NCBI GenBank assembly: GCA_035544675.1
Contig: DATKCA010000026.1
Location: 11,671 to 75,670 of the forward strand
Length of the DNA stretch: 64,000 nucleotides
Direction of reading: 5' to 3'
DNA from: Thermoanaerobaculia bacterium
Lineage (GTDB): Bacteria; Acidobacteriota; Thermoanaerobaculia; Gp7-AA8
The notes beneath the pieces are model-generated. The model had not been told where the DNA came from. It did not search any database and saw only the letters and a program-made list of their open reading frames with translations. Position numbers and translations under genes: made by a program. Positions 1 through 9,335 of the stretch are shown here, one piece after another; positions within the stretch are counted from its first letter, which is position 1, and each line of letters begins with the position of its first letter.

Positions 1-1108
1 TCCACTTCCCGTCCGGCGACCAGACCGGATCCATCTCGCGGATCCCGGACGTCTGCGTGAGGTTGCGGACCTCACCGTGCTTCGCCGGGGCCGTGAAGAT
101 GTCTCCGCGCGCCTCGAAGATGGCGCGCGCGCCGGTCGGGGAGATGCTGTACCAGTCGATGTTCGAGCGCACGTTGCGGAAGTGCGGGACGGTGTTCTTG
201 AAGTCGCCGACCACGCGGATGGGGATCCGCTCCGAGCGCCCCGACGCCGGATCGAAGCGCCAGATGTAGCCGCCCGCTTCGTAGACGACCTGGGTGCGGT
301 CGCTGCTCGGCCAGAGCACGTCCCAGTCGGTGTGATTCGTTACCTTGCGCGAGGCCTTCGTGGCCAGGTCGTACGACCAGAGGTTCAGCTTCCCGTCCTC
401 GCGGTCGGACGTGAAATAGATGGTGTTGCCCACCCAGACCGGCTGGTTGTCGGTGGCGGGATGGTCGGTGAGCTGCTCGGCGCGGTTCGCCGTCAGGTCG
501 TAGATCCAGACGTCCTGCGCGCGTCCACCGCGATAGCGCTTCCACGTGCGGAACTCCCGCTCGACCGGCGTGTACACCAGCTTCGTTCCGTCCGGCGAAT
601 ACATCCCGCCACCCGCTTCGGGAATCGCCAGCGGTGTCTCCATGCCGCCTGCCACGGGCACGATGTACGGCCTGGCCATGCGATCGCTCCAGGGAAGACG
701 GTGGGGAAGGAAGAGGATGTGCTTCCCGTCCGGCGTCCAGTCGAGAACGCGGTTGTCGACGCCGCCGCGCGGCGGCATGTTGCCGACGTCGTTGTAGAAC
801 GTGAGCTGCTTCGGCGTCCCGCCCACGGTCGGGATGACGAAGACCTGGCGCGTCCCGCTGTACTCGGCGCAGAAGGCGATGCTCGTTCCATCGGGCGAGA
901 ACTTCGGGAAGTACTCGACGCCTTCGTCGGATGTCAGCCGCCGCGCATCTCCGCCGCGCACGTCGGCCACCCAGATGTCGCCCGCGTAGACGAAGGCCAC
1001 CTTGTCGCCGTGGATGTCAGGCTGCCGGAGCAGCCGGGTGAGGTTCTCCTGCCCCGCCGCCGCCGTCGCGGCCAGCAGCGTGACCGCCACCATCAAAGCT
1101 CTTTTCAT
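1..1108 (-). CDS. tricorn-type protease homologue, N-terminal part (gene continues past the window start)
   Basis: My own minus-strand translation from ATG 1108-1106 reads MKRALMVAVTLLAATAAAGQENLTRLLRQPDIHGDKVAFVYAGDIWVADVRGG...FSPDGTSIAF...YSPDGTKLVY. It has a signal peptide plus repeated propeller SPDG motifs. It is absent from the ORF track because no stop lies inside the window. Confidence 0.75.
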   Translation of the reverse strand, partial: MKRALMVAVTLLAATAAAGQENLTRLLRQPDIHGDKVAFVYAGDIWVADVRGGDARRLTSDEGVEYFPKFSPDGTSIAFCAEYSGTRQVFVIPTVGGTPKQLTFYNDVGNMPPRGGVDNRVLDWTPDGKHILFLPHRLPWSDRMARPYIVPVAGGMETPLAIPEAGGGMYSPDGTKLVYTPVEREFRTWKRYRGGRAQDVWIYDLTANRAEQLTDHPATDNQPVWVGNTIYFTSDREDGKLNLWSYDLATKASRKVTNHTDWDVLWPSSDRTQVVYEAGGYIWRFDPASGRSERIPIRVVGDFKNTVPHFRNVRSNIDWYSISPTGARAIFEARGDIFTAPAKHGEVRNLTQTSGIREMDPVWSPDGKW

Positions 1109-1151
1109 GCAGTCTCCCTGTTCAATTCCCAGATGAAATCACAGATTGAGA

Positions 1152-1203
1152 GTAGGCCTTAGTCCTTAGTCCTAAGGACTAAGGCCTAAGGACTAAGGAC
1201 TAC
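1152..1203. repeat. heptamer-array palindrome (CCTTAGT)n/(ACTAAGG)n
   Basis: ggccttagtcc (1155-1165) pairs perfectly with ggactaaggcc (1176-1186). Extra ACTAAGG units allow slipped registers. Intergenic. Confidence 0.85.
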
Positions 1204-1205
1204 CC

Positions 1206-1239
1206 GAGGCGCGGGTGAGGACACCCGCGCCTCCATTCC
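1206..1239. repeat. GGTG-AGGA-CACC hairpin with a CCATTCC tail (family copy 1)
   Basis: ggcgcgggtg (1208-1217) pairs with cacccgcgcc (1222-1231), with loop agga and then tccattcc. Confidence 0.85.
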
Positions 1240-1264
1240 CCTGTGATCGGTGAACGGAAGCCGG

Positions 1265-2785
1265 TCAGCGTCTGGTGAAGTGCAGCCGCTCCACTCTGGC
1301 CACGCCGCCCGTCATGTCGAACGACGCTTTCAGGTCGAACCCATCCACGCGGCCGCTGCCGGCGCGCGTGAAGTGGATCAGCGTGCTGTTGCCGAGCCGG
1401 AAGGCATCGCTGTACGTCGGCTCCAGGGTGCGCTCCGGCTGCTGCGGCAACTCGACGCGCAGACGGCCCGAGTCGGTCCTGACGCGGTACGTTGCCGGCG
1501 CCTCATCGCTCGTGTAGTCGCCCACGTAGTCGCGCAGCTGTTCCGCGGAAGGAGTGAACGGCTCGACCCGGCGGTAGGCGGCTGGATCCAGCGACGCCGC
1601 ACTGAGAAGCGGACCGCTCCGGCCGAAGCCTGCCCGCAGCTCTCCGTCCTGCTCGAAGACGCGGAGGACCGCGTCGGTGGTCTCGTTGCGGTAGAGACCG
1701 GGCGAGAAGCCGGCGGCCGGCACGGCCGCCACTGCACTCGCGCGCGGCGGTTTGAGGAAGACGTCCGCGACCCGGCGCCCCAGGGTCGTTGGAGAGACCG
1801 TGCCATCGTTGCAGAGGAGCGCGACGGAAAGCTCGCGTTCCGGATACCGCGCCAGCCAGGCGCGGTATCCGCCGGTGGCGCCGCTGTGCGAGACCTCGCG
1901 CAGGCCGGCCCGACTGCTCACCGTGAGACCGTGAGCGTACTCGATCGTCTCTCCGCTCGTGAGGATCCCCTGCCGCTCCATCTTCTCCGCGAACGCCTCG
2001 TCGCGATCGAGGTGCGCGTTCCACTTCAGGAGATCGCCGGCGGTGGTCATGAGACAGCAGTTGCCGTAGATGTTCTCGCCGTGCATGTCGACGTGATATC
2101 TGCCGTCGAGTCCCGCCCTGTATGCCGTCGCCCGCCGCGGGACCACCCGCGTGTAGTCGTCGCGCCACGAGCTGTTCGACATCCCCAGGGGCTGGAAGAA
2201 CAACTCGCGCGTCAGGGCCGGCAGCGACTTCCCGCTCACCCGTTCCGCGACGATCGCGGCCAGGTTGTATCCGCTGTTGCTGTACGAGTAGCGATGGCCC
2301 GGCGTGTAGTTCAGGGCGCGCTGCCGCGACAGGATGTCCAGCACGTGAACGTGCGTGTGCGCGCGCGTGCCGCGCGGCCAGCCGCCGATGTCGGCGATCG
2401 TTCCCCAGTCGCGAAGTCCGCTGGTGTGGTTGAGCATGTGCCGCAGCGTGACCGCATCCGCCGCCTCGGGCAGCTCCGGCACGTACTTCCGGACCCGGTC
2501 ATCGAGCGCCAGCTTTCCCTGCTCCTCGAGCCGGAGCAGCGCGGCCGCGGCGAACTGCTTCGACACCGAGCCGGCCTCGAAGATCGTGTCGGGCGTGAGC
2601 GGCACGCCGAGCTCGAGACTGGCCATTCCGTAGGCGCTCCTGGCCACCGTCCGCCCGCCCTCCGCCACCGCCACCGCGCAGCCGGGGCGGTTGCGGACGG
2701 CATGCGGGGCGAAGATCTGGTTGATGGCGCTGGTGTGCGCGCAGGCGGTCGCCGCCAGCGCGAAGAGGGCGATGACGAGACGCAT
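1265..2785 (-). CDS. secreted serine hydrolase, beta-lactamase/PBP (class C-like) family
   Basis: Carries the SVSK (SxxK) nucleophile motif, YSNSGY, and the signal peptide MRLVIALFALAATACA. I trimmed ORF 1265..3439 to ATG 2785-2783, which overlaps the upstream stop as ATGA. Confidence 0.85.
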   Translation of the reverse strand: MRLVIALFALAATACAHTSAINQIFAPHAVRNRPGCAVAVAEGGRTVARSAYGMASLELGVPLTPDTIFEAGSVSKQFAAAALLRLEEQGKLALDDRVRKYVPELPEAADAVTLRHMLNHTSGLRDWGTIADIGGWPRGTRAHTHVHVLDILSRQRALNYTPGHRYSYSNSGYNLAAIVAERVSGKSLPALTRELFFQPLGMSNSSWRDDYTRVVPRRATAYRAGLDGRYHVDMHGENIYGNCCLMTTAGDLLKWNAHLDRDEAFAEKMERQGILTSGETIEYAHGLTVSSRAGLREVSHSGATGGYRAWLARYPERELSVALLCNDGTVSPTTLGRRVADVFLKPPRASAVAAVPAAGFSPGLYRNETTDAVLRVFEQDGELRAGFGRSGPLLSAASLDPAAYRRVEPFTPSAEQLRDYVGDYTSDEAPATYRVRTDSGRLRVELPQQPERTLEPTYSDAFRLGNSTLIHFTRAGSGRVDGFDLKASFDMTGGVARVERLHFTRR

Positions 2786-4203
2786 CAGAAGTACTTCACC
2801 GTCAGTTCGATGAGCTTCTCCTTGAGGCGCGTGTACGGCGGAGTGAGGAACTCGATCGGACTGATCGGCGTGTGCTGCTCGAGAATGGCCCGCGTGTTCG
2901 AGAACGCCTGGAAGCCGGCGAAGCCGTGTCCGCGTCCGAGGCCGCTGTGGCCCGATCCGCCGAAGGGAAGGTTCAGCTGAAAGAAGTGGATCAGCGTATG
3001 GTTCACGACCGTGCCGCCGGCCGAAGTCCGGGCGATGACCTCGTTGATGAAGTCGCGGTCGCGGCTGAAGATGTAGAGGGCCAGTGGATGCTCGCGCCGG
3101 GCGATGAAGTCGAGGGCCTCGTCGGTCGTCCGGTACGTGACCATCGGCAGAATCGGCCCGAAGATCTCCTCCTGCATGAGCGCGCAGCTCTCGTCGGTCA
3201 CGCGGACGACGGTGTAGTCGATCGTGCGCTCGTCGTCGCCGAATTTCCCGCCGGTGATGACCTCGCCTCCTGACGCCATGGCGGAGTCGAAGAGCCTGCG
3301 CAGGCGGCGCCCGTGGCGCTCGTTGACGATGATGCTGCGCGACCCCTCGCCGGCGAGCCTGGCGATCGCATCGCGCAGCTTCGGCACGAACTCCTCGCGG
3401 ATCGCTTCGTCGACGAGCATGTAGTCCGGCGCGATGCACGTCTGACCGGAGTTGACATGCTTGCCCCAGGCGATGCGCCGCGCCGCCACGTCCAGGTTCG
3501 CGGTCTTGTCCACCAGCAGCGGCGACTTCCCGCCCAGCTCCAGCGTGACCGAGGCCAGATGCTCTGCCGCGGCCTTCATCACCAGCTTGCCGACGCCGGG
3601 GCTGCCCGTGAAGAAAATGTGGTCGAACCGCTCCCGCAGCAGCGCCTCGGACACTTCCACGCCGCCTTCGACGACGGCGACTTCACTCTCGTCGAACACC
3701 TCCGCGAGCAGGCCCTTCATGCACGCGCTCGACGCCGGCGTCATCTCCGACGGCTTGAGGATGACGCAGTTGCCTGCCGCGACCGCCGACGCCAGAGGCG
3801 CCAGGCTCAGATTGAACGGGAAGTTCCAGGGCGACAGGATCAGCACGACGCCCTTCGGTTGATACAGAACCCGCGACGAGGTGCCGAGCAGAGCCAGGCG
3901 GCCGCCTACTCTGTGGGGACGCATCCAGCGCCGGAGGTGCCTCGCGGCATGCCGCGTCTCGCTGACCACCGCGTACACCTCCGAGAGGTCGACCTCGGCG
4001 GGAGGCTTGCGGAAGTCGTCCCACATCGCGCGCTTGATCTCTTCGCGCCGGTGCATGACCACACGCTCGAACTGCCGGAGCTTCCTGATGCGCTCGGCCG
4101 CCGATCGCGCGCCGACGCGTGGCGCGTTCTCGCGCTGCAGTTTGATGATGCGCTTCAGCTCTGTCGAATCGGCGGCGGGAGCTTCGACGGGAACGCTGGC
4201 CAC
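2785..4203 (-). CDS. aldehyde dehydrogenase, ALDH3-like
   Basis: Contains FTGSPGVGK, ELGGKSP and GQTCIAPDY (catalytic Cys). The start is GTG at 4203. Confidence 0.9.
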   Translation of the reverse strand: MASVPVEAPAADSTELKRIIKLQRENAPRVGARSAAERIRKLRQFERVVMHRREEIKRAMWDDFRKPPAEVDLSEVYAVVSETRHAARHLRRWMRPHRVGGRLALLGTSSRVLYQPKGVVLILSPWNFPFNLSLAPLASAVAAGNCVILKPSEMTPASSACMKGLLAEVFDESEVAVVEGGVEVSEALLRERFDHIFFTGSPGVGKLVMKAAAEHLASVTLELGGKSPLLVDKTANLDVAARRIAWGKHVNSGQTCIAPDYMLVDEAIREEFVPKLRDAIARLAGEGSRSIIVNERHGRRLRRLFDSAMASGGEVITGGKFGDDERTIDYTVVRVTDESCALMQEEIFGPILPMVTYRTTDEALDFIARREHPLALYIFSRDRDFINEVIARTSAGGTVVNHTLIHFFQLNLPFGGSGHSGLGRGHGFAGFQAFSNTRAILEQHTPISPIEFLTPPYTRLKEKLIELTVKYF

Positions 4204-4225
4204 GGGCGGATTCTACTCCCGGTGC

Positions 4226-4250
4226 GGGGCTGGGGGCTCGGGGCTCAGGG
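4226..4250. repeat. single-arm heptamer array (GGGGCTC)-like
   Basis: ggggctgggggctcggggctcaggg, between the ALDH start and the upstream stop. Confidence 0.8.
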
Positions 4251-4958
4251 AAACACAACCTCTTCCACGTCGCCGATCGGAACGAAGACCAGCAGATACG
4301 TCACGTGATCGGTCGCGATCAGCTCGATCTTCCGCCCCAGGCAGGTGTCGAGGAAGTAGGCGCGCACGGTTCTGCCGTCGATGAGATCGAGCTCCAATCC
4401 GGCCGGCGTGCCGCTCGGGCAGCAGACCGGATCGATCGAGGAGAAACTCGGTCCGCGGATCCGGCGGAGATCATCGCGGTCCAGCGTGAATGCGGGCCCG
4501 CCCTGCTCGCACATCTCGGCCTTCCTGTCGCGGCGGTATCCGAGGAAGAATTCGGCGTAGCCGAACTCGAAGGTCTCCTCGTCGACCTCGAAGACCGTGC
4601 CTGCGCGGGTCGTGATCCTGACGGTCGGACGCGACTCCAGGCGGAACGCCATCGTGGTGTCGTTCTGAATCGTGATGGTCTGGATCAGCGGCTTGTATCC
4701 GCTTCGCGAGAACGTGAGCTCGACGGGCTGGCCCACGGGCAGGCTCATGCTGAAGTTCCCGGCCCGGTCCGAGCGCGCGAACACGCCCGGACCGGCCACT
4801 TCGACCGACAGCACGGGCTTGTTCGTGACGAGGTCGGCGACGCTGGCGGTCAGCGTCGCCTCCCCGATCGCGTGAATGACCGCACGCCGCTTCTGACCGG
4901 CGTACGAGTCTGAGGAGATAAGGAATGCGATGACCAGAACCGGAACGAGTCGGCGCAT
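4245..4958 (-). CDS. secreted protein with a carboxypeptidase-regulatory-like (Ig-like) region, function unknown
   Basis: Signal peptide MRRLVPVLVIAFLISSDSYA. The segment VADLVTNKPVLSVEVAG...GNFSMSLPVGQPVELTFSRSGY resembles a CarboxypepD_reg fold. I trimmed ORF 4245..5294 to ATG 4958. Confidence 0.55.
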   Translation of the reverse strand: MRRLVPVLVIAFLISSDSYAGQKRRAVIHAIGEATLTASVADLVTNKPVLSVEVAGPGVFARSDRAGNFSMSLPVGQPVELTFSRSGYKPLIQTITIQNDTTMAFRLESRPTVRITTRAGTVFEVDEETFEFGYAEFFLGYRRDRKAEMCEQGGPAFTLDRDDLRRIRGPSFSSIDPVCCPSGTPAGLELDLIDGRTVRAYFLDTCLGRKIELIATDHVTYLLVFVPIGDVEEVVFP

Positions 4959-5040
4959 CGACCCTGATACGGAGCCGGCGGGCGAACCGTTGGGGCGCGC
5001 CGGCTGCAACTGGACCCTCCTGCCGCGCGTAATCCGTCCC

Positions 5041-6018
5041 ATGCACAGATTCTCCATCGCCACACTGGCATTTCTGCTGACCGCCTCCACCGCAGAGGCC
5101 GCTCCGGAAGAGGACGTCCGGTACCAGAGCGACGTTTCGCTGGCCGCCGCGCTGCTGCTGCCCGAGAGGACCGGGCCGTCGCCGGCGGCGGTGATCGTCC
5201 AGGGCTCGGGATCGTCCGATCGAACCAACGCGTGGGCCCGGTCGATCGCGGACCTCTTCGTGGCCCGCGGCGTTGCCGTTCTGCTCACCGACAAGCGCGG
5301 AAGCGGCCAGTCGGGCGGCGACTGGAAGGTAGCCGGCTTCGACGAGCTGGCAAAGGACGCCGCGGCGGGAGTGGACTACCTGAAGTCGCGCAAGGAAGTC
5401 GACTCCAGGCGGATCGGCCTCATCGGCCTCAGCCAGGGTGGATGGATCGTTCCGATGGCAGCGGTGCGAAGGCCGGACGTCGCGTTCGTGGTCAACCTTT
5501 CCGGCGCGACGGTGAGCTTCGCCGAGCAGTCATTTCTCGAGATGAGGAACACGGCACGGCAGGCCGGTCTGTCTGCCGATGGCGTGAACCAGATCATCGA
5601 GCTCAACAAGGCGGCCGGCCGCTACATCCTCGGCGGATCGTGGGACGACTATGCGGCGATGCGGGCGGCGGCGATGAAGGGCGCCGCGAAGCCGGTCGCA
5701 GCCGGCTTTCCCGACTCAAAGGCGGCTCCGGCCTGGACGTTTCTCAGGAAGGTTGGAGCTCATGACCCGACTGCGTACTGGTCGATGGTCGAGCAACCGG
5801 TCTTCATCGGCCTGGGCGAGCGCGACGAAGAGGACAACGTTCCCGTCGGCGAGAGCGTGCGAAGAGTCGAACACGCGTTCGGCGCGACCGGCAAGAAGAA
5901 TTACGATGTCGTCGTGGCTCCCGGCGCCGGTCACGCACTCTGGAACGAAAAGCGCGAATTCGCGCCGCTTCTGATCGAGAGACTCGACGCCTGGCTGAAG
6001 CAGTACGTAAAAAACTAG
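5041..6018 (+). CDS. secreted alpha/beta hydrolase
   Basis: Signal peptide MHRFSIATLAFLLTASTAEA, nucleophile elbow GLSQGG, and a C-terminal GAGHAL. I trimmed ORF 4930..6018 to ATG 5041. Confidence 0.8.
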   Translation: MHRFSIATLAFLLTASTAEAAPEEDVRYQSDVSLAAALLLPERTGPSPAAVIVQGSGSSDRTNAWARSIADLFVARGVAVLLTDKRGSGQSGGDWKVAGFDELAKDAAAGVDYLKSRKEVDSRRIGLIGLSQGGWIVPMAAVRRPDVAFVVNLSGATVSFAEQSFLEMRNTARQAGLSADGVNQIIELNKAAGRYILGGSWDDYAAMRAAAMKGAAKPVAAGFPDSKAAPAWTFLRKVGAHDPTAYWSMVEQPVFIGLGERDEEDNVPVGESVRRVEHAFGATGKKNYDVVVAPGAGHALWNEKREFAPLLIERLDAWLKQYVKN

Positions 6019-6060
6019 CGGCAACCGGTTGCCGTTATACTCCCGCCTCCGGAGGTGCTA

Positions 6061-7935
6061 ATGCGCTCCTGCCTTAGCCTTGTAGCCGCCGCGCTTCTCT
6101 TCTCAGCATGCGCAACCACGATGCCGCCCTCTCCCACTGAGCCCGCGATGACGCAGACCGAAGCGACACCGCCCCCACCTCCGGCCGGACCGACTTCGGA
6201 AGAGGCGATGCGCTTCGTGACGGAAGCGGAGCAGCGGCTGGCATCGATCAACGTCGACGCCGCGCGGGCGGCGTGGGTGGCGGCGAACTTCATCACCGAA
6301 GACACGCAGCTCATTTCAGCCAGAGAGAACGAGCGCTTCATCAACGCCGGCGTCGAGCTGGCCAAGGAAGCGGCCCGCTACGACGATCTGCAGCTGCCGG
6401 CCGACACGCGCCGGAAGCTCGCTCTGATCAAGCTCAAGCTGACCACGCCCGGCCCGGCCGAGCCCGCGCTCACGCAGGAGCTGGCCCGCATCGCCGCGGA
6501 GATGGAGGCGACGTACGGCTCGGGCCGGTACTGCCCGCCCGGAAAAAGCGGGGACGACTGCCTCGACGTCAACGAGGTCTCCAAGGTCATGCGCGAGAGC
6601 CGCGATCCCAATCGGCTGCTCGAGGTCTGGCGCGGATGGCACACGATCTCGCCGCCCATGCGCGAGAAGTACACGCGCTTCGTCGAGCTGCAGAACCAGG
6701 GCGCCCGTGAGCTCGGCTATGGCGACACCGGCGCGATGTGGCGCTCCAAGTACGACATGCCGCCCGACGCCTTCGCCACCGAGATCGACAGGCTGTGGGG
6801 ACAGGTCAAGCCTCTCTACGACTCCCTGCACTGCTTCGTGCGCTGGAACCTCAACAGGAAGTACGGAAACAGAGTCGTCCCGCTCGACCAGCCCATCCCG
6901 GCCCATCTCCTCGGCAACATCTGGGCTCAGGAGTGGAGCAATGTCTATGACCTCGTCGCTCCGAAGACCGGCGGACGCGGCTACGACCTGACCAGGATCC
7001 TGGAAGCCCGCAAGGACATCGACGAGGTGGGCATGGTGAAGATCGCCGAGCGATTCTTCACCTCCCTCGGCTTCGATCCGCTGCCGGCCACGTTCTGGGA
7101 GCGCTCGCTGTTCAAGCAGCCTCGCGACCGCGACGTGGTCTGCCACGCCAGCGCCTGGGACGTGGACGACGTGGACGACCTCCGCATCAAGATGTGCATC
7201 CAGAAGACGGAAGAGGACCTGACCACGATCCATCACGAGCTCGGTCACAACTTCTACCAGCGCGCCTACAACCGGCAGCCCTTCCTCTACAAGGACAGCG
7301 CGAACGACGGCTTCCACGAAGCGATCGGCGATACGATCGCCTTGTCGGTCACGCCGGGCTATCTCAAGCAGATCGGCCTCATCAAGGAAGAGCCGCCCGC
7401 CTCAGCCGACATCCCCCTGCTCCTGGCCGATGCCATGGACAAGATTGCGTTCCTCCCCTTCGGCGTGCTGATGGACAAGTGGCGGTGGCGCGTCTTCTCC
7501 GGCGACCTCAGCCCCGCCGACTACAACAAAGGATGGTGGGAGCTCCGGACGCAGTACCAGGGGATCGCGCCGGCCGGAGCGCGTGGCGAAGAGTCCTTCG
7601 ATCCGGGCGCGAAGTACCACATCCCGGCCAACGTGCCCTATGCGCGCTACTTCCTCGCGCGCATCCTTCAGTTCCAGTTCCATCGCTCGCTTTGCCAGAC
7701 GTCCGGCTACAGCGGCCCGCTGAACCGCTGCTCGATCTACGGGAACAAGGAGGCGGGAACGCGTCTGGCGAAATTGCTGGAGATGGGCTCGAGCCGGCCC
7801 TGGCCGGAGGCGCTGGAAGTGGCAACCGGACAACGCCAGATGGACGCCACCGCGATCATCGATTACTTCCGCCCGCTGAAAACCTGGCTCGACGACCAGA
7901 ATCAGGGCCGGACTTGCGGGTGGTCTAGTCCTTAG
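6061..7935 (+). CDS. M2-family peptidyl-dipeptidase (angiotensin-converting-enzyme-like) lipoprotein
   Basis: Zinc site HHELGHNFY...HEAIGD and lipobox LLFSAC. GGAGG lies 5 nt upstream of ATG 6061. Confidence 0.88.
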   Translation: MRSCLSLVAAALLFSACATTMPPSPTEPAMTQTEATPPPPPAGPTSEEAMRFVTEAEQRLASINVDAARAAWVAANFITEDTQLISARENERFINAGVELAKEAARYDDLQLPADTRRKLALIKLKLTTPGPAEPALTQELARIAAEMEATYGSGRYCPPGKSGDDCLDVNEVSKVMRESRDPNRLLEVWRGWHTISPPMREKYTRFVELQNQGARELGYGDTGAMWRSKYDMPPDAFATEIDRLWGQVKPLYDSLHCFVRWNLNRKYGNRVVPLDQPIPAHLLGNIWAQEWSNVYDLVAPKTGGRGYDLTRILEARKDIDEVGMVKIAERFFTSLGFDPLPATFWERSLFKQPRDRDVVCHASAWDVDDVDDLRIKMCIQKTEEDLTTIHHELGHNFYQRAYNRQPFLYKDSANDGFHEAIGDTIALSVTPGYLKQIGLIKEEPPASADIPLLLADAMDKIAFLPFGVLMDKWRWRVFSGDLSPADYNKGWWELRTQYQGIAPAGARGEESFDPGAKYHIPANVPYARYFLARILQFQFHRSLCQTSGYSGPLNRCSIYGNKEAGTRLAKLLEMGSSRPWPEALEVATGQRQMDATAIIDYFRPLKTWLDDQNQGRTCGWSSP

Positions 7936-7942
7936 GACTAGA
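7924..7942. repeat. 19-nt perfect palindrome TCTAGTCCTTAGGACTAGA
   Basis: It spans the TAG stop of the M2 peptidase (7933-7935) and the first base of the methyltransferase ATG. It uses the same word family as 1152-1203. Confidence 0.85.
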
Positions 7943-8781
7943 TGTACTGGAACTCGGTCGAGCACCACATCGGCGCGGAGCACGTCGACAACTTCTGGAT
8001 GAGCCATCCGCTCATCCGGGAGGAGATCAACCGGCGCGTCAGCGGGCGCGCCGACTGGTGGCCGACCACCTGGTTCCGCCATCGGTTCGCAGGCCGGTTC
8101 CCGTTCGGGCGCGCGCTCACCATCGGCTGCGGCACAGGGAACCTCGAGCGCGACATCGTCGGGCAGGGCATCTGCAGCGCTGTCGAGGCCATCGACGTGG
8201 TCGAAGGTCCGCTGCGATACGCCGAGCAGCAGGCGGCGGCGGAAGGGCTGGCCGGCTCGATCCGCTACGAGATCGCCGACGCGCGCGAGTATCTGCGATC
8301 GCGCCCGCGGCAGTACGACGCGATTCTCTTCCATGCGTCGCTGCATCACTTCGATCGCGTCGACGAGTTGATGGGACTCGTGGCCGCGGCGCTGAAGCCG
8401 GACGGCATCCTCTACATCGACGAGTTCGTCGGCCCGTCGATGCACCAGTGGAACGTCTTCCGGCTGTTTCCAGTGAACCTCGCCTACTATCTCCTGCCCC
8501 GCGGATCACGCCGTCCGTGGCTGGTGCGCACGCCGGTCAACCGCGAGGATCCGACCGAGGCGGTGGCGGCGGCGGAGATTCTGCCGGCCGTCTACAGGAA
8601 TTTTCGCGTGCTGGAGCGGCGCGACTACGGCGGCAACCTGCTCTCGATCATCTACGCGAACCTGGCCAGGTCCTCGCGCCTCGACGACGCCGTGCGGCGG
8701 CTGATCCGCTTCGAGAACGCGCTGTTGCGCACCGGGGTGAGGCCGTTTCACACGGTGATCGTGGGTCAACCCAGGTCGTGA
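7942..8781 (+). CDS. class I SAM-dependent methyltransferase
   Basis: Motif I LTIGCGTGNLE, followed by DAILFHASLHH and LKPDGILYIDE. Confidence 0.8.
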   Translation: MYWNSVEHHIGAEHVDNFWMSHPLIREEINRRVSGRADWWPTTWFRHRFAGRFPFGRALTIGCGTGNLERDIVGQGICSAVEAIDVVEGPLRYAEQQAAAEGLAGSIRYEIADAREYLRSRPRQYDAILFHASLHHFDRVDELMGLVAAALKPDGILYIDEFVGPSMHQWNVFRLFPVNLAYYLLPRGSRRPWLVRTPVNREDPTEAVAAAEILPAVYRNFRVLERRDYGGNLLSIIYANLARSSRLDDAVRRLIRFENALLRTGVRPFHTVIVGQPRS

Positions 8782-9326
8782 GTGCCCTCGCTCCGGCTCA
8801 GGAAATCCGCGGAGAGGATCCCGTAGAACTCCAGATCGACGTACTGGCTCCACTTCCTGTGATGCTGGCGCAGCGTGCCCTCGTGGCGCATGCCGTTCTT
8901 CTGCATCACGCGCCCTGAGGCGGCGTTGCGTGAGAAGTACGCGGCGTAGATCTTGTTGAGCCTCAGCTCCTCGAACCCGTAGCGGATCACCGCCCCGACC
9001 GCCTCGGTCGCATACCCGCGGCCCCAGTAGGGAACTCCGATCCAGTAGCCGATCTCGGCGTGGTTGTGGTCTTTCATGATCCGCAGCCCGATCGCGCCGA
9101 CCAGCTCACCGTCGTCGACGGCGAGATTGAGCGAGCCTTCTTCCTGAAGCTTCGCGGCCTGCGACGCGATCCACTCCTCGGCCGCTCCCACGGGATAGGG
9201 ATGCGGGATGAGCAGCGTGTTGATCGCGATCTCACGCGCGCCGGCCAGGTCCTTCACGCGCTGGGCATCCTCCATGCGAAACGGGCGAATGGTCAGGCGG
9301 TCGGTGGTGAGATGCGGGAAACGCAT
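8766..9326 (-). CDS. GNAT N-acetyltransferase (RimJ/RimL-like)
   Basis: LTIRPFRMEDA...YWIGVPYWGRGYATEA...FSRNAASGRVMQKNGM is the typical RimJ/L pattern. Confidence 0.85.
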   Translation of the reverse strand: MRFPHLTTDRLTIRPFRMEDAQRVKDLAGAREIAINTLLIPHPYPVGAAEEWIASQAAKLQEEGSLNLAVDDGELVGAIGLRIMKDHNHAEIGYWIGVPYWGRGYATEAVGAVIRYGFEELRLNKIYAAYFSRNAASGRVMQKNGMRHEGTLRQHHRKWSQYVDLEFYGILSADFLSRSEGTHDLG

Positions 9327-9335
9327 GTCAGTCCC

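Noticed and set aside
77-1162. Long plus-strand ORF (361 aa), and similar long ORFs at 1250..2980, 3313..4308, 16229..17767, 19399..21093, 43277..44986, 53246..55063 and 59879..61702.
   Set aside because: These are Arg/Ala/Gly/Pro/His-rich translations with no recognisable motifs. They lie antisense to, or out of frame with, genes that carry strong family motifs. They are typical shadow ORFs of high-GC DNA.
1265-3439. N-terminally extended versions of real genes as listed in the ORF track. Others are 4245..5294, 23367..25037, 25422..26597, 36244..37284, 37235..38320, 38366..39043, 39090..40121, 41707..42684 and 43343..45331.
   Set aside because: The extensions are Arg/Pro-rich, overlap the upstream gene or run through repeat elements. 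Internal starts give proper signal peptides or lipoboxes and 1- or 4-nt stop/start overlaps with the preceding gene.
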